Shown: positions 1 to 2,734 of the stretch, piece by piece
Numbering within the stretch: the first letter of the stretch is position 1
Layout of the letters: each line of letters starts with the position of its first letter
NCBI GenBank assembly: GCA_041498975.1
Contig: JBGQJI010000229.1
Location: 1 to 2,734, forward strand
Length of the DNA: 2,734 bases
Direction of reading: 5' to 3'
Source: Candidatus Methylomirabilis sp.
GTDB lineage: Bacteria > Methylomirabilota > Methylomirabilia > Methylomirabilales > Methylomirabilaceae
Position numbers and translations under genes: made by a program
The notes under the pieces: generated by a model
Seen by the model: only the letters and a program-made list of their open reading frames with translations
Told to the model about the DNA's origin: nothing
The model's database searches: none

Positions 1-38
1 AGAGATTGCTTCGCGCTTTTCAGTCGCTCGCAAAGACG
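1..38 (-). repeat. CGTC-tagged REP-like palindromic repeat unit (a partner copy may lie beyond the window edge)
   Basis: The minus strand reads CGTCTTTGCGAGCGACTGAAAAGCGCGAAGCAATCTCT. This resembles the widespread CGTCATTGCGAGC...CGAAGCAATC intergenic repeat family (recalled, not searched). It has an internal TTGC(6-9)/GCAA(30-33) inverted pair. Confidence 0.7.
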
Positions 39-91
39 ATGTAACCCTAATAATTGGATTTGCTATAGTTAGGTCCTGCTACTGCTTGCGG

Positions 92-157
92 GCCTGGATC
101 TTCGTGCTCGTGAGCGGCTAGAACGAGCCGCGAGAGTGAGGAGCCGAATCGTCAGGC
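92..157. terminator. Long imperfect hairpin directly after the Ubl stop codon; possible terminator or 3' stabilising stem
   Basis: Pairings seen: GCCTG(92-96)/CAGGC(153-157), TTCG-T-GCTC(101-109)/GAGC-CGAA(141-148), and a perfect inner stem GCGGCT(114-119)/AGCCGC(126-131). There is no U-tract on the minus strand, so it is not a canonical intrinsic terminator. Confidence 0.35.
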
Positions 158-394
158 TTACCGGCCCCCCTTGATCTTGGGGACCATGAGGACGGTGTCG
201 CCATGCGCGAGCAGCTGAGTTCGTTTTACTGCCTGGCCGTTCACCCGCACTTCCAGACCCCCGTTAACTCCCAGCTCCGCCAGAAGGCTGTCGAGGGTAA
301 AGGGGCTTTCGCGCCGGACCTCCTGAGTGCTCTTGCCAAGCGTCACGATCTTTACGACAACGGGTTCCTGCTCCTGTGTGCTTGCCTGCTTCAT
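158..394 (-). CDS. Ubiquitin-like (beta-grasp, MoaD/ThiS-like) protein with C-terminal GG followed by one extra Arg
   Basis: 78 aa with the MoaD/ThiS-type pattern 'TLDSLLAELG...VRVNG......L..GD.V.MVPKIKGG-R'. ATG start with strong RBS AGGAGG 6 nt upstream. Directly downstream of an E1-family gene. Confidence 0.9.
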   Translation of the reverse strand: MKQASTQEQEPVVVKIVTLGKSTQEVRRESPFTLDSLLAELGVNGGLEVRVNGQAVKRTQLLAHGDTVLMVPKIKGGR

Positions 395-400
395 CGCAAG

Positions 401-406
401 CCTCCT
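401..406 (-). promoter_or_regulatory. Shine-Dalgarno site of the Ubl gene
   Basis: The minus strand reads GGAAAGGAGG-CTTGCG-ATG: AGGAGG with a 6-nt spacer to the start at 394. Confidence 0.85.
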
Positions 407-449
407 TTCCTCTGTTGAGCTATCTGGCCTGTGGCCGAGTCACCTGCCT

Positions 450-1097
450 CTAGGTGGTGAGGAAGGTGAGGGTCTTCTGATCGAAAATGATCTCTCGTTT
501 GCAGGTTTCGCCCATCGCGACGCGCTTCACCTGGCCTGCCACCAGGCTTGCGATCCCCAACCCGGTATAGACGATGGCCTGGGCAGTACATGGAAGCTGC
601 AAGGCCTCGTCGTCCGAATAGAGGGTTTTCTCATAGAACCGAACATGGTCAGGGTCCTGGGGGCGGACCGTGTAGAGCCTTGAGACCTCGGCGCCCATCC
701 TGGCGTCGATATAGGCTGTGACGCCGGCCTTGAACCGAATCGATCGATCCCAGATCCGCCGTCTTGCCTCCATGCTGTCGACGCCAGAGACGACGATCCC
801 CTGGAGCCGCTGGCTCTGGACGCGCTGTGGCCGCGCCACGATGCCAACCCCCGTGAAGCTCTTGATGATCTCGGCCAGGCGTTCAACCTTCGGGTGGCCG
901 ATGTCGTTCAGCCGGTAGAGCTGATTGGGGATATTGTGTTCTTCCACCAGATCATCATCGAAGATGGTGAGGTGCACGCACCCCATCTTCGCAAGCGCAA
1001 GCGCCGTGAAGGAGCCGATCCCTCCGCAGCCGATGAGGGTGATCGGGGCCTCGAGGGCCTCGGCGTCCACCAGATCGGTCTGCCGGGAGAGATCCAT
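450..1097 (-). CDS. ThiF/MoeB/E1-family ubiquitin-like activating enzyme (adenylyltransferase)
   Basis: N-terminal SRQ; nucleotide-binding GCGGIG (aa 23-28); D47-x-D49 followed by N55-IPN-Q59; G-x-x-K70; V106-D107..R112; candidate active-site Cys170 in 'LPCTA' (codon 588-590). RBS AGGAG lies 8 nt upstream. Confidence 0.95.
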   Translation of the reverse strand: MDLSRQTDLVDAEALEAPITLIGCGGIGSFTALALAKMGCVHLTIFDDDLVEEHNIPNQLYRLNDIGHPKVERLAEIIKSFTGVGIVARPQRVQSQRLQGIVVSGVDSMEARRRIWDRSIRFKAGVTAYIDARMGAEVSRLYTVRPQDPDHVRFYEKTLYSDDEALQLPCTAQAIVYTGLGIASLVAGQVKRVAMGETCKREIIFDQKTLTFLTT

Positions 1098-1102
1098 GGT
1101 CT

Positions 1103-2302
1103 TTACTCCTGCCGTGCAGGTTTGAGGCCGGCGGGCGCGAGCGACGCGGGCTGTCCCGTCTCGGGTATTTCTCGCCAGTGCTCGATGGAGACATGCCAGT
1201 CCTTCGGATTGATCGTCTTCAGGAAGTCCACAAGCACCTCAGAGGCGGCGGTGAGTTGACATTCACCGATCAACTTGGCTACTCCTTGCCGGACGTTTCC
1301 CAGGCAAGGCGTTCCGTTCCAGATGTGCGGGTGGTCATAGTACCCGTGTCTGCTCGTCAGGTTCTCAATCGTGATCTCTCCGCTGTACTGCAGATCGATC
1401 TGAAACGTTCCCAAGGAGTACAGCTTGCCGGCGTGTTGCGCCCCGATAGGCCGAGTCAAGATCCGCAGTCCCGCCGGCCCTGCCGTGACGTCGGCGACAT
1501 CGGGGAGATCCGACAGCCGATCCAGCTCGCGGGCCACATCGGCCTCGTCTTCGGCCAGCTCGCCCTTCAGTTGCCGGAGGCGTCGCCGGCACGCCTGCAG
1601 GTGACGGGTCTCGGCGGTCAGCCGGAGAGAGGCGGCTTCAAGCGCCTCTTCGGTTGAACGGACCTCACTCTCCAGAAAACTGATCTCATCCCCGATCTCT
1701 CTTCCCCGCCCCTCCTCGAACTGGCTTGTGGCTAGGGCTCTTCGCTTGTGGCGCCAGCTCGCCTCTTGAATTCCGGTCGTTCGCTGCAGGCCAGCGAGAA
1801 TGGACTCTATGCGGTCGGGGTGCAGGCCGCCTTGCGCAGCCAGGTCTGCGCTCATGAGATGGAGGGCGCGGTCGAGGAGCAGTCTGAGGAGCAGGGGGGC
1901 GAGTTCTTCCTGCTGACCGGCGACATCGAACAGGATGAAGATATTCCTGTGGTGCAGGTAAGCCAGCGATTTCCCCTCATCGTCGCGCAAGAGCGTTCCA
2001 TTTCCAAGTCGCCCCGGGGGCACCAATGCCTGTCTGGCCCCCTCGCGCAACGGATGGCCGAAGGCGATGGGCAACCCGATCATCCGAGTTTCACCTAACA
2101 GTGACATCCATGGGACCCGTCTGGGCAGGGCAAAGAGGTGAAGGTGGAACCCGGGGTCTTCCCTCGGTTTTGAGTAGAGCCGAAATGGCCGATGGAGGTG
2201 CAGAGCGATTCTCAGCGCGGATTCATAGTCCTTGATCACCGGCTCGAGGTGAGGAAACTCACACGATTGTCGTCTATCGGACATGTGATTCTTTTCGGAC
2301 AA
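1103..2302 (-). CDS. Putative prokaryotic E2 (UBC-like) conjugating enzyme with central coiled coil and uncharacterised N-terminal region
   Basis: Longest ORF, co-oriented with and coupled to the E1 gene. H324-PHIWNGTP-C333-LG mirrors the UBC signature HPN(I/V)xxxGx(I/V)CL. It is preceded by beta-strand-like segments (LGTFQIDL, ITIENL) and followed by amphipathic helices. A heptad-rich E/R/L/A segment spans about aa 203-263. The start is uncertain: TTG at 2302 or ATG at 2284. Confidence 0.75.
   Translation of the reverse strand: MSEKNHMSDRRQSCEFPHLEPVIKDYESALRIALHLHRPFRLYSKPREDPGFHLHLFALPRRVPWMSLLGETRMIGLPIAFGHPLREGARQALVPPGRLGNGTLLRDDEGKSLAYLHHRNIFILFDVAGQQEELAPLLLRLLLDRALHLMSADLAAQGGLHPDRIESILAGLQRTTGIQEASWRHKRRALATSQFEEGRGREIGDEISFLESEVRSTEEALEAASLRLTAETRHLQACRRRLRQLKGELAEDEADVARELDRLSDLPDVADVTAGPAGLRILTRPIGAQHAGKLYSLGTFQIDLQYSGEITIENLTSRHGYYDHPHIWNGTPCLGNVRQGVAKLIGECQLTAASEVLVDFLKTINPKDWHVSIEHWREIPETGQPASLAPAGLKPARQE
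1106..1110 (-). promoter_or_regulatory. Shine-Dalgarno site of the E1 gene, embedded in the last codons of the upstream gene
   Basis: The minus strand reads AGGAG-TAA-AGACC-ATG. Only 5 nt separate the upstream stop (1103) from the start (1097), consistent with translational coupling. Confidence 0.8.
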
Positions 2303-2331
2303 TTAGCAATGGCGTCAACGGTTCAAGAGTA

Positions 2332-2360
2332 AACGTAGCAAACGGTAGCTCAAACGACAA
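2332..2360 (-). promoter_or_regulatory. Candidate sigma70 promoter for the E2-E1-Ubl operon
   Basis: Minus strand: TTGTCG (2360-2355), a 17-bp spacer ending in TGc (extended -10), then TACGTT (2337-2332), in a locally AT-richer stretch about 30-50 nt before the possible start codons. Confidence 0.45.
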
Positions 2361-2369
2361 GTCAAAAGT

Positions 2370-2558
2370 AGGGAAGGCCGCTCCTGGAAGCTTGGACCGG
2401 CGAGCCGAAAGGCGCACCTCCGGAAACCCGGGGAGTGAGGGGTCTCGAATGACCCCCCAGCTATGCTCTTGGCGTCACTGAGAGTTCGAGCTCACGCAAG
2501 ACCACAAGAACGACGCCAGCGGGTGCCGAGGGGTGTGCGACACATTTGTGGGTTCCCT
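2370..2558. ncRNA. Candidate structured non-coding RNA, family and strand not assigned
   Basis: 189-nt intergenic segment with complementary ends AGGGAA(2370-2375)/TTCCCT(2553-2558) and at least five internal stems, one closed by a GAAA tetraloop on the + strand. The supplied ORF track shows no ORF here. Confidence 0.4.
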
Positions 2559-2584
2559 TTCGTCAGTCTCAGCCCCTCAACCCT

Positions 2585-2733
2585 CCGTTCGCGCTGAGGA
2601 GGCCGCGTTTTTTTGGCGGCCGTCTCGAAGCGCGTCGGCAGCGCCCAGATCGCGGCCCGGGTGCGGGCTGCCGGGATGCGGAGCGCCCTTCGAGACGCGG
2701 CCTGGGAAGATGGCCGCTCCTCAGGGCGAACGG
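2585..2733. repeat. Composite REP/REPIN-like palindromic element (cruciform; two inverted units)
   Basis: Terminal inverted repeat CCGTTCGCGCTGAGGAG(2585-2601)/CTCCTCAGGGCGAACGG(2717-2733), 16/17 match. Inner CGTCTCGAAG(2621-2630)/CTTCGAGACG(2688-2697), 10/10. Side hairpins GGCCGC/GCGGCC (2601-2621) and GCGGCC/GGCCGC (2697-2717). Apical CGGCAGC(2636-2642)/GCTGCCG(2667-2673). Resembles the recalled CTGAGGAG...CGTCTCGAAG repeat family. Confidence 0.85.
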
Positions 2734-2734
2734 G

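Noticed and set aside
39..74. Integron attC site (GTTAGGT at 68-74 fits GTTRRRY)
   Set aside because: No matching complementary core at attC-like distance within the window; the nearest inverted partner is only about 20-30 bp away and no L boxes are apparent.
158..1097. Annotation as thiF/thiS or moeB/moaD cofactor-biosynthesis genes
   Set aside because: There is no thiG, moaE, cysteine synthase or rhodanese in the window, the E1 lacks Zn motifs, and the coupled neighbour is E2-like. Gene symbols are therefore withheld.
391..1592. Alternative-frame minus-strand ORFs (391-591, 527-886, 955-1194, 1365-1592)
   Set aside because: They overlap the real genes out of frame and have R/G/P/S-rich composition typical of off-frame translation.
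203..2235. Plus-strand ORFs (203-418, 327-683, 718-918, 894-1259, 925-1125, 1178-1657, 1748-2098, 2026-2235)
   Set aside because: All are antisense shadows of the three motif-bearing minus-strand genes, typical of GC-rich DNA, and have no recognisable domains.
2400..2475. c-di-AMP (ydaO) riboswitch, suggested by CCGAAAGG and AGGG...CCC...CAGCTA
   Set aside because: It lacks the conserved GCYGAA, GGAACC, GGGxxAAT and CCCGxCAGCTAAC elements, and there is no same-strand downstream gene in the window.
2479..2494. tRNA or tRNA-like T-arm (GTTCGA)
   Set aside because: No 5-bp stem with 7-nt loop geometry, no cloverleaf and no acceptor stem around it.
2370..2558. 6S RNA, suggested by the ~190-nt size, paired ends, and the words ACCACAAGAA and CGACACATT reminiscent of E. 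coli ssrS
   Set aside because: The visible pairing is multi-branched rather than a long rod with a central bubble, and the conserved CTTGAACC element is absent. A cmscan would settle it.
2601..2621. Rho-independent terminator (GC stem with a T run)
   Set aside because: The T run is in the loop, not after the stem, and the hairpin is an arm of the REP cruciform.
1..2734. CRISPR array or transposase/IS element
   Set aside because: No regularly spaced direct repeats and no transposase or integrase motifs were seen.

Overview
GC-rich bacterial window carrying a compact, co-oriented three-gene operon on the minus strand that looks like a prokaryotic ubiquitin-like conjugation system. The genes are (i) a 399-aa protein with an unknown N-terminal region, a central coiled coil and a C-terminal E2/UBC-like domain (HPHIWNGTPCLG, Cys333), (ii) a 215-aa ThiF/MoeB/E1-family adenylating enzyme with a candidate catalytic Cys170 but no CxxC Zn sites, and (iii) a 78-aa beta-grasp ubiquitin-like protein ending in GG-R. 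No JAB peptidase, E3 or sulfur/cofactor gene is in the window. Upstream lie a plausible sigma70 promoter, a ~190-nt highly structured intergenic element (candidate ncRNA, family not identified) and a cruciform REP-like palindrome. Downstream are a long imperfect hairpin and half of a CGTC-type REP. All calls come from reading motifs by eye; no searches were run.
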